Assembly: GCF_009914755.1 (NCBI RefSeq)
Contig: NC_060940.1
Direction: 5' to 3' (one strand)
Length of the DNA stretch: 64,000 nucleotides
Origin: the human T2T-CHM13v2.0 reference genome, Homo sapiens
A program made the translations under genes and the position numbers. Shown here one piece after another: positions 19,691 to 34,580 of this stretch (its first letter is position 1; every line of letters begins with the position of its first letter). The notes beneath the pieces are model-generated. The model had not been told where the DNA came from. It ran no database searches and saw only the letters and a list, made by a program, of their open reading frames with translations.

Positions 19691-20812
19691 AGGAAGAACA
19701 TGATCAGCCAAGCCCTCAGCTCAGGGGACAAGGGGTCTTCGCCAAGGTAAGTAACTGGCCTCTCCTACATTTCCTGGGGGCCAACCACCTGGGAATCAGA
19801 CAGAAGGGATCTTTCGGCTCTGGTGATGTACCCCACTCCCAGACCTGTCACCATCTGACCTGGACTGCAGATGCCAGGTTCTGCATGACAGCCGAAATGT
19901 TCGTGGAAACTGCTTGTTCAGAGCCTGAAGCCAGGACCAACTACACAATTTGCAAGGCCTAGGACAAAATGAAAATGTGGGGCACCTTGCTCAGAAACTA
20001 TTAAGAAGGTCTGTGGTCTTCCCTTTCAAAGCAGTCTCCCTTACATCCTCACATAGGATGTATGGAATTTGTTTTTTAAAAAATCTCACAGTGGTGGAAA
20101 GGAGGAGGGGGTAGGGGTTCAACACAACTGATCATAGTTTGATCATTGATGTAGACAGATGATGACGTGGGCATGAAACGTCAGGGTATCATTTTTCAAA
20201 CTTCACCTGTTTGAACCCTTCTATAAATCTGCAAAATGCATCCTGCCTTGGAGAGCAACCACAAGTGCCTCATCAAGCTTGCTTTCTCTGGCAAGAAGGT
20301 CCCCAAAAACCTAGCGCCACACACTGTTCTAGGAAGATGTGCTCAGATAGGAGGGATCCTTCAGCTCTGGTGATACAACCCATTCCCAGACTTGTCACCA
20401 TCTGACCTAGACTGCAGATGCCAGGATCTAAGGATATTAGATTCATGAGAGGAGACCTCAGAACAAGTGGTCCATTGAGGGTGATAAAAGCAACTCAAAC
20501 TATTTTCCCCCTACTTCTGTTGCTTGAGTACTGTGTACGTTGCATGCATCCCTTACTGCTGTGTCTGCAATACCCTCTTTCAGGAGAGCACCAGCAATGT
20601 TTCTTTTATGTAGTGTAAGTGCCCCTTTGAGAAGATCAAAACAGCAAATGGGTTCAGACTGAAAATGGCCAATGGCTTCTAGCAGATGAGTAGATAAAGC
20701 TTGAGGATACGCATCCTCCTAGGTCTCATCAAAGGCTAGAAGCTGAGCAACCAGTTTGGAGACCTGACCTGGAGGTTTCTGGACCTCCAGTCTGTCTTAA
20801 GATGTCCATGAG

Positions 20813-21356
20813 GGTTTTTCCTCCCTGGATGTCTGAGGATTGACTGCCATCCTGAATGAATCAGTAAGTATCCAAACTAGGAAGGTCGTGACCAACTGAC
20901 TACTTCAGAGGAAACAAATGGTCGTCTATGTCCTTCACCCTGGGAAGGCAACAGTACCTAAGATAGAAATTCAGGACCAACTAGCCAAAATATACAAGAC
21001 CACACTGGATATCATCTTTGCATTTGGATTTAGAACTAATTTTGGTGGTGGCAAGACAACTAGCTTTGGCATGATTTATGATTCCTTGGATTATGCAAAG
21101 AAAAGTGAACCCAAACATAGACTTGCAAGACATGGCCTGTATGAGAAGAAAAAGACCTCAAGAAAGCAATGAAAGGAATGCAAGAACAGAATGAAGGAAG
21201 TTAAGGGGACTGTAAAGGCCACGTTGGTGCTGGCAAAAGGTGGGCTGGAGATTGGATCACAGCCAAAGGAGTAAAGGGGCGGCAGTGTGTTATCTGCAGC
21301 CATTGTGGATTTTTTACAAGAAGATTAATAAACTAAAAACTCTCACATGAAAAAAA
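20813..21356 (+). pseudogene. Processed pseudogene of ribosomal protein S24 (RPS24P) in SLC12A3 intron 25
   Basis: Intronless RPS24 homology (..[58 protein letters not shown]); ATG>CTG at 20852; CGA>TGA stops at 20897 and 21170; AATAAA at 21327; short A tail; TSD aagatgtccatgag (20799-20812) / aagatgcccaggag (21355-21368). Confidence 0.95.
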
Positions 21357-21478
21357 GATGCCCAGGAGAATTCAAAAGGCACCAGCACCAGTTACTCTTC
21401 ATTGACAGGACAGAGGTAAAATTTTTGCTTTTACCAATTAGCGGAATTTTGTCACCAGGAGAGTGGTTCAGGCAATTA

Positions 21479-21816
<338 letters not shown>

Positions 21817-21826
21817 TCAGAAATCA

Positions 21827-22193
21827 TGTCTTAGAACATTCAGGCTGCTATAGCAAAATACCATAGACTGGGCTTATCAATAACAGAAATTTATTTCTCA
21901 TGGTTCTAGAGGCTGGGAAGTCCTAGATCAAAGCATGGTAAATTCAGAGTCAGAGGCAGGGCTCCTTTCCTGACTCATGGATGGGCCTTCTTTCTGTGTC
22001 CTCACTTGGCGGAGGGAGCCAGGGAGCTCTCTGGGGCCTCTTTATAAGAGCACTAATCCTATTCATAGGTCACAGGGCTCCACTCTCATAACCTCATCAT
22101 CTCCCAAAGGCCCCACCTCCTAAAACCATCACTCTGGGGATATGGATTTCAACGTGTGAATTTTGGGGGGACATGAATATTCAGACTGTAGCA
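21827..22193 (-). mobile_element. MaLR solo LTR (MST/MLT1A-like)
   Basis: tgtcttag..gctgctatagcaaaataccatagactggg..aacagaaatttatttctcatggttctagaggctgggaagtcc..tttcaac..gaattttgggggg. Confidence 0.8.
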
Positions 22194-22342
22194 AATGGTT
22201 CTGACTTATAGTTTCTCTTCTTCCCAATCACTTCCTATGTGCCAGTAGACAGTAGAGCATGTAGAATTCTTCATGATTCCTAATATCCTATGCAGTGTGC
22301 AAACCCTTCTTAGCAGATGTGTGTAAGAGTGCAGAAGTCTAA

Positions 22343-22762
<420 letters not shown>

Positions 22763-23495
22763 GCAGATAGTGATATAATTTATAGTGTAGTCAATTGTGT
22801 TGAACTGCCGCTTGCAACATTTTCTTGTGTGACTTAAGGCATTAGAAAAAAAGAAAAAAAGAAGAATGTCAAGACGGTGAGAGCAGGGCATTAGATAAAC
22901 AAGGGACCCTCCGGAGCAGAAGGCCCCGTGTGACTGTGCTGGTTGCACACCCAGGAGGCTGGCTCTGCCCAGAACAATGCTTCCTGGGGCTTTAGGGACA
23001 TGATTTTTTTGTACAAAGAAAGTGCCCCGTGTTTCCTTGGAGAACAGTGATAAGGAAAGGGGCTGGGCTTATCTCCAAACCTCTTGCCAACACCTAGCAG
23101 AGAATGTTCCTAGGGCAAGATTGGTCCAGGGTGAGCGCTGGGTCCGAGCGCAAGACAGTGGAAATGGCTTTGTCCTGGGACGCCTCCCCAGACTCTTCCT
23201 TGGGTATGGTGCCTGGTGGGTGTGCATGGGTGTGCCAGACCACGGCTTAATGAGTGCCGCCTCTGTTCAGAGAGGCATGTGTGCATTTTGTCTATGCGAT
23301 TAGCCCACTGTGTGGCCTTGGGTAAGTCCCCATGTCTCTCTAGCCTCAGTTTCCCTAATTATAAAGAGTTAACAAAAGTATTTCCAAGATTCTCTTTCAT
23401 GCTAACATGCTGTGATTCTAAGTTTATTTGTCATTAAAATGAGTCTCAGCTGGGCATTTATTTGTCATTAAAATGACTCATTAAAATGAGTCTCA

Positions 23496-23650
23496 GCTGG
23501 GCATAGTGGCTCATGCCTGTAATCCCAGCACTTTGGGAGGCTGAGGCTGAAGGATTGATCGAGCCCAGGAGTTGGAGAACAGCCTGGGCAACATAGTGAG
23601 ACCCTGTCACTACCAAAAGAAAAAAAAAGAAAGCAAAAAAAAAAAAAGAA
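23496..23650 (+). mobile_element. Alu monomer (FLAM-like)
   Basis: Left-arm consensus followed directly by A tail. Confidence 0.8.
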
Positions 23651-24659
23651 TCAGTCTCTCAGTCTCTTAAGCCATAAGATGAAGAATTTCATCCCGGGAG
23701 GTGACCACCTGTTGGAATCTCTCCCTTCCCACCCCCCATCCCTACCACCATCCCCCAAACTCACAGGGAAAATCAATCCCCCACCCACCAGCCTTTGTGG
23801 GATTTGCCAATACAAGTAATTATAAATCCAGTGACCCAAGAGAAGACCCCTGCCCAGGGCGTCCCACCCCATGCCAGTAGCTACAGCTGTTGCCCAAAGA
23901 GGCCCCAGCTATTGGGCCAAGTCCACCGGGAGGACAGAGCAGCTGCATCTCTCCATCACTAATCTCCAACCTGGAGCCATGCCTAGTGTTTCTCTACAAG
24001 TTCAGTCAGAGGGTCCGCTTCATCAGAACCACCAGGGGACTGTGAAAAATGCAAGTTCCTCAGTGCCTTCCAGACCAGGCTCTAGGGTGGAGCCCAGAAA
24101 TTCTGAGGAAGGGAAAAAAAAAAAATCTCCCAAGCCTCGGTGAAATGATTAGATCACATTGTCTAGCATCTGGGAGAGCGTGCTTGGAGCATTTTCTAGA
24201 GCCGGTTTGAGGCAGCACTTGATTGATTGCTGTTCACTAATCAGTGGGTTATCAAATGGCCCCGGGTTTGAGCTCAGCTACCCCAGCACAGCTGATAAAC
24301 CAGCCTCATAAAAAGCCCAGCAAGCTTTGACTAGCCTAGCAACATATTCCTGTTGGGTCCAGACACCTCTTTTTTTTCTAAAAACACTCCCTCCTCAAAG
24401 CCAAGCAGCAATAATCAAAATAGTAATAATCAACATTGCATTTTATGGCTTGGGCCTCTATATGGTACTCAAGGCAATAGGCCTTATGAATTTGCAAAGC
24501 CCTAATTTTAAGAGAGCATCTCACTCTGTCACCCAGGCTGGAGTGCAGTGGCAGGATCTCGGCTCACGGCAACCTCTTTGTTTTTTTTTGTTGTTGTTGT
24601 TTTTTCTCTTTCTGTAACCTGTGACTCAGGCCTCTTTGGGCATCTTTGGTCCTATAATT

Positions 24660-24957
24660 TTCTTTGTTTTGGTGGCGGGGTCTTACTCTGTCACCCAGGC
24701 TAGAGAGCAGTAGTGAGATCTCAGCTCACTGCAACCCCCACCTCCCGGGACTCAAACAATCCTCCTACCTCAGCCTCCCGAGTAGCTGGGACTACAGGCA
24801 CATACCACCAGGCCTGGCTAGTTTTTTGTATTTTTTTATGGAGACAGGGTTTTACCATGTTGGCCCAGGCTGGTCTCCAACTCCTGAGCTCAAGCAATCC
24901 ACCTGCCTTGGCCTCCCAAAGTGCTGGGATTACAGGCATGAGCCACTGTGCCTGGCC
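24660..24957 (-). mobile_element. Alu (AluJ-like)
   Basis: Alu consensus. Confidence 0.85.
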
Positions 24958-25624
24958 TCAAAACTCTATTATAATCACCCCCTCACTCCCACTTTAGAGA
25001 TGAGGAAGCAGCTTCAGAGAAGTTAAGCAACTTGGCCAGGGTCTTGCAGACAGGAAGTGGGAATTGCATCTGGAGCCTGTGACTGTGGTTCTGATGCAGG
25101 GCTGTCTTTCACATCTAGGTTAGATCTGAAGTCGCCTTTCTTTGTGGCTAAGAGATGTAATTCTGAAAAAATGTTCCTTTGTTCTGGAACAGTTTTATTT
25201 CTGAAGATTAGTAGCTCAAGGCATGCACATCCTGTGAGCAGGAATAGAGCACGTCATTGACTGGTGTGGGGGCGGGGGTGATTTTCAAGACAGCTGTCTC
25301 TCGGACAGGTGGACAGGCTGTGTTGGGGGAGGGAACTCCATGCTGAAGCTTGAAAGTCTGACATAGGTGTGTTGGATGTTCCCCACCCCCATGGTGCAGG
25401 CACCATTTCTCTCGTGGCCTTTGAAGTTTCTGAATTCAGTCCCCGAAATCATGTCCTATTTCCTGGATGTTGTCCGCCTCTTGCATAACTGCTCAGTCAG
25501 GAGAGTTTGGGCTCAGTACTCCTATGTCCCTTTCTCCTGGAAAGTCACTAAATATTTGAACTCAGATGACTATAGCTTAATGAAATGGCCTTGGTCCAAC
25601 CCACCTTCCCTAATTTTTGAGACC

Positions 25625-25979
<355 letters not shown>

Positions 25980-27549
25980 TGAAGCTTTGTGGATGGAACT
26001 TCCAAGTGTGACATAGCTGTTTAGTATCCCAGTTACCCTTCTCAGAGGAGGTTGGAGTTGCTGTGAGCAGAGGCTGCTGCGGAGGGAAGATGTCAAGACC
26101 TCGGTTCGAATTCCAGCTTTGCCGCCGCTGGCTTAGCTGTCGCGTGCTGGTCAGTACTAAGTGGTGATGACAGCTGCTGACCTTACAGAGCACTCACTGT
26201 GTGCCAGGCATTGTGCTGTGCCTGCGTGTGCTTTGCCTGTTTTAGCATCACAAACATCCTGCGAGGGAGGTTTTTGTGTTCTTGCTTTAGGGAAGAGAAA
26301 CTCTGCAAAGGTCATCTGGCTGAGGAAGTGGCAAAGCCACGACTCGGACGCCAGAGACTGGCTCTGACCTCAGCGCTCCAGCATCCTCCTCCCGCCCCAG
26401 TTCTCCCACCTGTGAAGGAGCGCGGTGCTGCGGGCCCTGCCCATTCCCCAGGGGGATGTACTTGGGGAAAACAGACACTCAAGTGAGTCCCACGGAAGGT
26501 GCTGGTGCCCCCACTTCATGCGGCACCAGCTGGACCTGTGAGACACTGCTGGAGCCCACAGACCCTCCTGGAGCCCAGAGCTGGGCAGCTGTGGCCATCC
26601 CAATGCATTTTTGGAATTCTCCAGATAGTAGAAAAGTCACTTCCTGAAATAGTTGGAAGACATGGCTGGACAGCATTCCCAGGGCATCTTTTTATTCACG
26701 CAGCATTGCACAGTTAAGACAAGGGGCCTCCCCATAGGCAGCGGTGGAGTCTTGCTCCCAGGGCCTCCTGCACAGGGCAGGAGGCAGGACAAAGACGCTG
26801 AGCTGGACAATGAATGAACAGGAACATATCACATTGCTGTGGCCACAGGCTGGCACAGGGCTGGAGAGGCAAGCCTGGCATGAAGCGGGTGGCCTGATAG
26901 GGAAGGGTCGCCCACTTAACAAATATATACTGAGCCTGACTGTATCAGACTGTGTTCTAGGCACTGGGAAAAGGGGGGTGAATAAGGCAGATCTGGCCTC
27001 CTTGTGAGCGAACATTCTAATGTGGGGAGACAAGCACATAAATCAGAAGATGCTGTTGGGACTGTGGAGGGCTCTGAAGGCAGTAAAGTGGGGTGATGTG
27101 AGGAAGAGGCGTGGGCGGCCTGCCCTGGAGGAGTGATCAGGGAGGAGGTGGGTGCACTTGCCTGACTCAAAGGAAGTGACCAGGTGCAGAGCTGGGGCTG
27201 CTCCTTTCCTGGTGGGTGGGGAGAACGTCAAGTGCAAAGGTTGGAGGCAGGAGTGAGCTTGGCATTTTTTTAGGAATGGAAAGAAAGCCACAGGGCATCG
27301 GGGGTGAGCAAGGCGAGGGTGGGAGGAGGTGAGGTCGTGGGCTTGGCAAGGACTAGATCCCATAGGGCTTGTGGGCCATGGCTTTGTTTAGAAACGCTTC
27401 ACGGCAGAAGGTCCATTCTGGGTCAGGTTTGTGCGGAAAGTGGGGAGGTCATTCTTAGGGTGGGTGGAAGGAGCTCTGAGGGACGGTAAACAGACTCGCT
27501 GTTCTGAAAACAAACTGGGAGCTGGGCGTGTGGAGCGGCCCCGTGGTAA

Positions 27550-27723
<174 letters not shown>

Positions 27724-28236
27724 CTCCAGGCTTTGACATCCCTGTCCACAGCTCTGAGTGTGTGGGATAAGTTGGAACTTGATTGCCTCTAGTCCACAGG
27801 GATGAGACTCATGTTCTGTTGCACTTTAAGTGGCAGCATCTGATGATCTCACCGAAAAAGATGGTAGATTTCCAAATCTGGCTGGACTCCACTTCCATGG
27901 GACACATTCCCTGGGTCTTGTGTTTATAGGCTAGAGAAATAGCAGATGGAGCTGCAAGGAAAACTCTCTAAAGCATCCTATTCCTTTTAAAGGATTTCTT
28001 TTGATTTTGATGACCATTAATTAAGAGTTCAGTCTTTGATTTGTATGCAAATTGGAGTCCCAATGCTGGGCGTGAATCTTGACAGTTTCTACAGACCTTC
28101 CTGGGTGAAAGTTCCTAAATCATGCCCTGCTTCCTCCAATAGGAGAATGGGAGCCTCACCTGTAGGACCTACAGGCTCTCTAAGGAATGCAGGTCTCTCT
28201 CTGAGCCTCCACAGCCAGGCAAATACATATATATAT

Positions 28237-28526
<290 letters not shown>

Positions 28527-30097
28527 CAGGCAAATTTCTTGAACCACTTCTCACTCCCGTCACTTTCAATAAGGGGTCTTTGATGTCTTCACTGGTTCTT
28601 TGGACGAGGGACTTTTCGAACTTTTTTGGTTGCAACACACAGTAAGAAATATACTTCACACTGAGACTTGCAGCGCACACACACGGAAACGACCAAAACA
28701 AAAATGTCACAAAACAATACTTACCCTTCCCTGGGGGACGTCCTCCAGTATGTTCTGTTCTGTTTATTTTTCACTGTTGGTTGCAATCCAATAAAATGAC
28801 TTTGGGATCCACTCATGGGTGGGGACCCACACATTTGAAAGGCATGGCCACCTTTCTGTTGTGCCTTGCATTTGTCCACACACAGGGAGTCTGGCTGAGC
28901 TGGGGAAAGGCCACGGCTGGGTGTCATTGCCATTTTCCCAGCTCATCTCACCGGGAAGAAAAGCAGATTGACAGAACACGTGAGGAGGGGTATTGATGGC
29001 AGGAGAGTCAAAAAAGAGTTTTAAAGAAGGGGCAAGGTTGAAGGAGTCTAGTGGCAAGGGTAAGATTTCAGGCATGGTTAAGAACAGACGACAAGGATGT
29101 CAGGAATGAAGATGTGGAGAGGGGTGTAGAGATGGCAAGGTTGGCAAGGAACAGATAGGCAGGAGCAGGTCCAAGCCAAGCCTAGCCCAAGACCAGGTGA
29201 AAGGAGAGGGGAGGAGGAGCCACCTGCAAGAGATGGAAAGAGCAGGCGGCAGAGGGGGCTGGCAGGGAGGGGCTGTTAAGAGTGGGGTTGGAGGTGGGAG
29301 AGAAGCTAGGACAAGGGAGATGGAGAAAGGACCTATACCTGGCTCACGGAAGGCCTTCAGGTCACTACACGTTGAACATCCCCAGTGTTTGAGCCCCCAA
29401 AGCTAGGGTGCAAGAGCACTGCCATCGAATGCCAGTGGGTGAGGCCAAGTGAGGGTATTTGCAGCTCTAGACATAACCAAGAAGCGTAAAGGTGAGTTGT
29501 TTGGTGGTACGACTGCCTGTGCCTTCTTCCGATGGCACTGGGGTGGCTGAAGGAACAGACATCTTTGGGTTTCATCAGCCTCCTCCAAGACTGCTGCAGT
29601 GCCTACACTTTAGACTTCAGAAGGAGACTAAAGACTTCTAGAATTTAGAAGGAGATCTGAAGTCTCCTTTCTGGAGTTACAACCCAAAGGATGTTAGCAT
29701 TTCTCAGGTCATCCCACTGCAAAGCCCAGAAGGCTTGGGGCTCCCAGGCTGCTCTGAAGCCCCACTGTCTGACCGCCTCAGGGCTTGCTACGAGGGACTG
29801 GGGCACGGCCAAGCTGACTAGGAACAGCTCTCGTGCTCCTGAGGGACCTGGAGGATGGGCCTGCCTCCCAGCCATTGAGCTGGATTCTGGGATAATTCTT
29901 AACTCGAAATAAGGGGAAGCATCCATCAGGGAATGCTGGCCTTTCTAGAGCCACGTAGAAAACAATTTTCTGGTTCTTCAAACCTCAAAGAGTCCTTGGT
30001 CCAAAAAACAGAATGTTTTGGCTTCGGGTGTCAAAAAAAAAATTTTCACGATGTCAGAAATAGTATGTTTTTAACAATAGTAATAGCTTTGTAAAAA

Positions 30098-30143
30098 AAT
30101 AAAAAGCTTTAACAGCGAGGCCATAAACAATGAAATGAATAAA
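30098..30143 (+). terminator. SLC12A3: SLC12A3 distal polyadenylation signals (AATAAA x2)
   Basis: AATAAA at 30098-30103 and 30138-30143, followed by tatttgtttt / tgtttttc downstream elements. Confidence 0.75.
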
Positions 30144-32093
30144 AACGGTGGTCATTCAGTCAACGGAACTTATTTGTTTTGGAACACACTGTTTTTCAAC
30201 TCTGCTGAGTGTTTTGAAAAAATGAACTATTGTTTTTCCAACCCTGGATTGAACTCTTCTCGGAGCCCCTACTGGTTCTGCAGGTCATAGTGCCAGATTT
30301 CAACATAAATATTTATAGGAGCCATTTATTTTCCCTTTGATTCTCTTCCATGCATTTGCAGACTCACGGGGAACCATTTTTCTCAGCCTTTATCAAAGTC
30401 CCCCAGCATTTCCCATCTTGCCTGACACAGAGAGGTAACAGGTTGAGTGAAGGAGCCATGGCAAGGCCACCAGGTGACTGGGATTTGAGTTTCAATGTCT
30501 CCCCAAAACTGGCTGTGTGACCTCAGATATGCCCCTTCGTGTCTCTGGGAGGCCTCCAGTCTATGAAATGAAAGAATTGGACCAGAACAGGTGTCCCCAG
30601 CCAGCTGACCCAACAGTGACTGTGGTTTGGCCCAGGAGTGGTTGACAAAAATTGTGGCTGCATCAGGAGGTGGGGGTTAAGGGGAAGGGGTACACATCCC
30701 TTGGTCACCCCCAACCCACTGCCCTTCCCAGCCCACCACTTCCTACTCCCCTGTGGTGTGAGCCTTTGCATCCAAGGATTTCGAGTTTCTCTAGATCATT
30801 ATTTGGCCTATTAGCATAAGAGATGTAGGGCCACACTGCCTCTCTGTCCCTGCCTTTGGATGACAAAATGCTTCCCATTTAGGAGTTTGTGCAGTGGGAA
30901 GTACTATCCATGAAGCCTTCCCTTCCTCTGTGCTGGCAGAGGAGGGAACCATCAGGGCCAGGGCCAGCCTCAGCCCCAGTGGCCACCCCAGCAGGGGCTC
31001 CTCCCTTCTCTCCCCTGGGATCCACTGCCCAGTCAGCTCCCAGTTTTGCCCTCAGCATTTCAGCCTCCAGATTTAGTATCCTCCCTCAGTGCCTGCCCAG
31101 ACTTCCTATGGCTTTGAAGTAATTGCAGTACCACCTATTTTTCACCCAATGGGCTCTCTGGGCTCTGCTTACCCAGGCAGAAAGCTGTGGGCCTCCTTAG
31201 CACATGGAGAGTCCCCATGTGGACTGAATTCCCTTCTAGACCCCTGCCTGGACTGTCTAGAGTGGTGAGGGGGAGGAGGGGTTCACAGGGATGAGACCAG
31301 CTGGATTGTTCCAGAAGAACCACCTGGCTGGGAGGCCTTCAGGCACATGCAAAGCAGCCAGGTTTGGTTCATAGCTGTGTACAGCTCAGGATATCAGGGA
31401 AAAAATGCTGCCAACTCCAAGAATGTTCACAGAAATGGGGCGCAGGAAAGCCCAGCCACTGGCTTCATTGGTAATTTCCCACTTGAAGTGAGGTTTCATC
31501 CTGTGACCGAAAGCAAAAGTACAACATACGCACCCACTTCCTAAAAGTGGAGCCATCACAAATACAGTTTCTATAAATACTCTCAGAAGAACCACCTGGC
31601 TGGGAGGCCAGAGAGCAAAATGTCTGATAGATGAAAGACAGCGGCAAGAAAGGACAAGTGGTTTTATTTTAACTCATAAAAATTACAAATAAAACATTCT
31701 ACGTTTGCAAAGGAGGGAGCAAACACATAAGGTCAAGGGGATTAGGAAAGTCTTTATAGGGAACATGGTGTACAAAAGGGGTACACATTCCTTGGTCACC
31801 CCCAACCCACTGCCCTTCCCAGCCCACCACTTCCTACTCCCCTGTAGTGTGAGCCTTTGGATCCAAGGATTTCGAGTTTGTCTAGATCATTATTTGGCCT
31901 AATAGGTTCCAGAGATTGGTGGGATTCAATAGAAAGAGAGAAATGAGATCTGGGGTGGGAAGAAGGATTTCTGGGCAGCAGCGGTAGCTTGAGCAAAAGA
32001 CAGAGTGAGGATTGCCCCGGGCATGTCTGGAGAACAAGAAACAAGCCAGTTTTCCTGGAGTGTGAGGGAAGTGTGTATAGGAAAATAAGACTC

Positions 32094-32397
32094 GGCCGGG
32101 CGCGGTGGCTCACGCCTGTAATCCCAACACTTTGGGAGGCCAAGGCAGGGCGATCACCTGAGCCTACGAGTTTGAGACCAGCCTGGGCAACATGATGAAA
32201 CCCTTTCTTTACAAAAAAAGAAAAAAAAAATTAGCTGGATGTGGTGGTGCGCACCTGTGGCTTCAGCTACCCCAGAGGCTGAGGTGGGAGGATCACTTGA
32301 GCCTGGGAGGTTGAGGCTGCAGTGCTGTGATTGTGTCACTGCTCTCCAACCTGGGTGACAGAGCAAGACTTTATCTCAAAAAAAAAAAAAAAAAAAA
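32094..32397 (+). mobile_element. Alu (AluJ-like)
   Basis: Alu consensus with A tail. Confidence 0.88.
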
Positions 32398-33953
32398 GGA
32401 GGAGGAGAAGTAGCAGTCCCGTCATATGAAGGGCAGAGTAACAGGCTTAATGCTGAAGGAAAGAGAAAGCAAATTGATTTGGGTTTGGTACTTTAAGTGT
32501 GAGAATGCCCAGGTGGTCAGAACTGTGGTCCTGGAACCTGGGAAGAGCTCAAGGTGCTCCCCTGTTAGCCTGCAGCTCTTTGAGAGCAGTGACCGTAAAT
32601 AGATTTGGCAGTCATGCTCATGGTCAGGGACATGGAAGTCATAGCTTGGGTGAGATCAAGAGAGAAAGTACAAAGAAAGAACAGGGCTAGACCTTGGGAA
32701 GGGCTATATTTAGGAGGCAGAATGAAAAAGGGTCAGTGGTGAGGCAGACTTGAAAAGAGCATTGGAGGGACAGGAGGAAAACTCAGATCACCGAGGAGGC
32801 ACCCGAGAAGGGGATCAAAGAAGCTCAGAGTCGACCATGTAGTAGCTGTCTGCGAAGGGGCTGGAGCCACTGAAGGTGCTGTTGAATTTGGGGTTGAGGC
32901 ATCATTGGGAGCCTTGCAGTGAATAATTCGGTAAAGCGGCAGGTCAGGGGCCAGGGACTGAGGAATGAATTTGTGGGCAGGAAAAGAAAACAGTAGCCCT
33001 GCTTAGAGACTTCATACTTGAGTAAGCCAGCAATGGAGAGATTGAGGGAGACACAGTGGAAACCTGAGGGAATAACAGACTCAAGGAAAGTGCTTTGCCT
33101 GTTGTTATCGTAGGGCGTGTATTAGGGTAATGCTAGGCTATGCTGCAGTAACAAATTGCCCTCTCGATGTTAGAGGCTTACAAGACAAAGTTCTGTTTCT
33201 GTTACAAATATTCCTAACACAGTCAGGCAGCTCTTCGGGGTTCCTCTTCTCCACATCGGGACTCAACGATCAAAATTACTCCTGTCTTGGGAAGCCACCA
33301 CTTTGACCAGTAGTTTCCAGCTCACTGAAGAAGGGAAAAGAGAGCTGGAGGGTCACACACTGGCTTTTAAGTGTTTCCACCCAGAAGGGACGTTATTTAT
33401 TTCCACTCAAAGCCCATTAGCCAAAGCCAAATAGTCACATGGCTCCACCTAACTGCAAGGGTGCTGGGAAATTTGGGGGAAGATATGAATATTCATTGAA
33501 CAATAAATGTCTCTGTTACAGAGTGAGGGTGAGTAATAGAGACCTGAGTGTATCGATAGGTCAGAGGGGAGAGATTGATGATGCAAGCAAAAGAATAACT
33601 GCAGAAAAGGTAGCAATGATGAATCAACAAAACGTGGGGACATTTTTGCCACACAGCAGGAAAGGCATAGCTGAAGTCTGGTAGCCCTGGGGTGCAAAAC
33701 TCTCAGGACCCTTGCCCTTGTGATCTGCCCCGGCAGGGCCCCTGAGCACCAGGTCAGAAAGCAAACATAGAAATTGCAGGTGACATGTTTCCCAACAATG
33801 GGGCTGGCCAAGCAAACAGGGAAGGAGAAGGCACGAGGGAGGGATTCAAGAATGATGACCGTGAGCTCCCAGTTGGATGGGGAGACCAGAAGTGAGCTGC
33901 AAGACTTGACAAGACTTGAAATGCTAGTAGCATGAAGACAAAAAGAACACGCA

Positions 33954-34580
<627 letters not shown>

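Noticed and set aside
20918-21172. 84-aa RPS24-like ORF as a functional gene
   Set aside because: Start codon lost, two CGA>TGA stops, intronless with TSD and A tail: a processed pseudogene
28717-28728. ATACTTACC (U1 5'-end-like; a perfect minus-strand donor) in the SLC12A3 3'UTR
   Set aside because: No further U1 homology and no supporting antisense exon; a 9-mer can occur by chance
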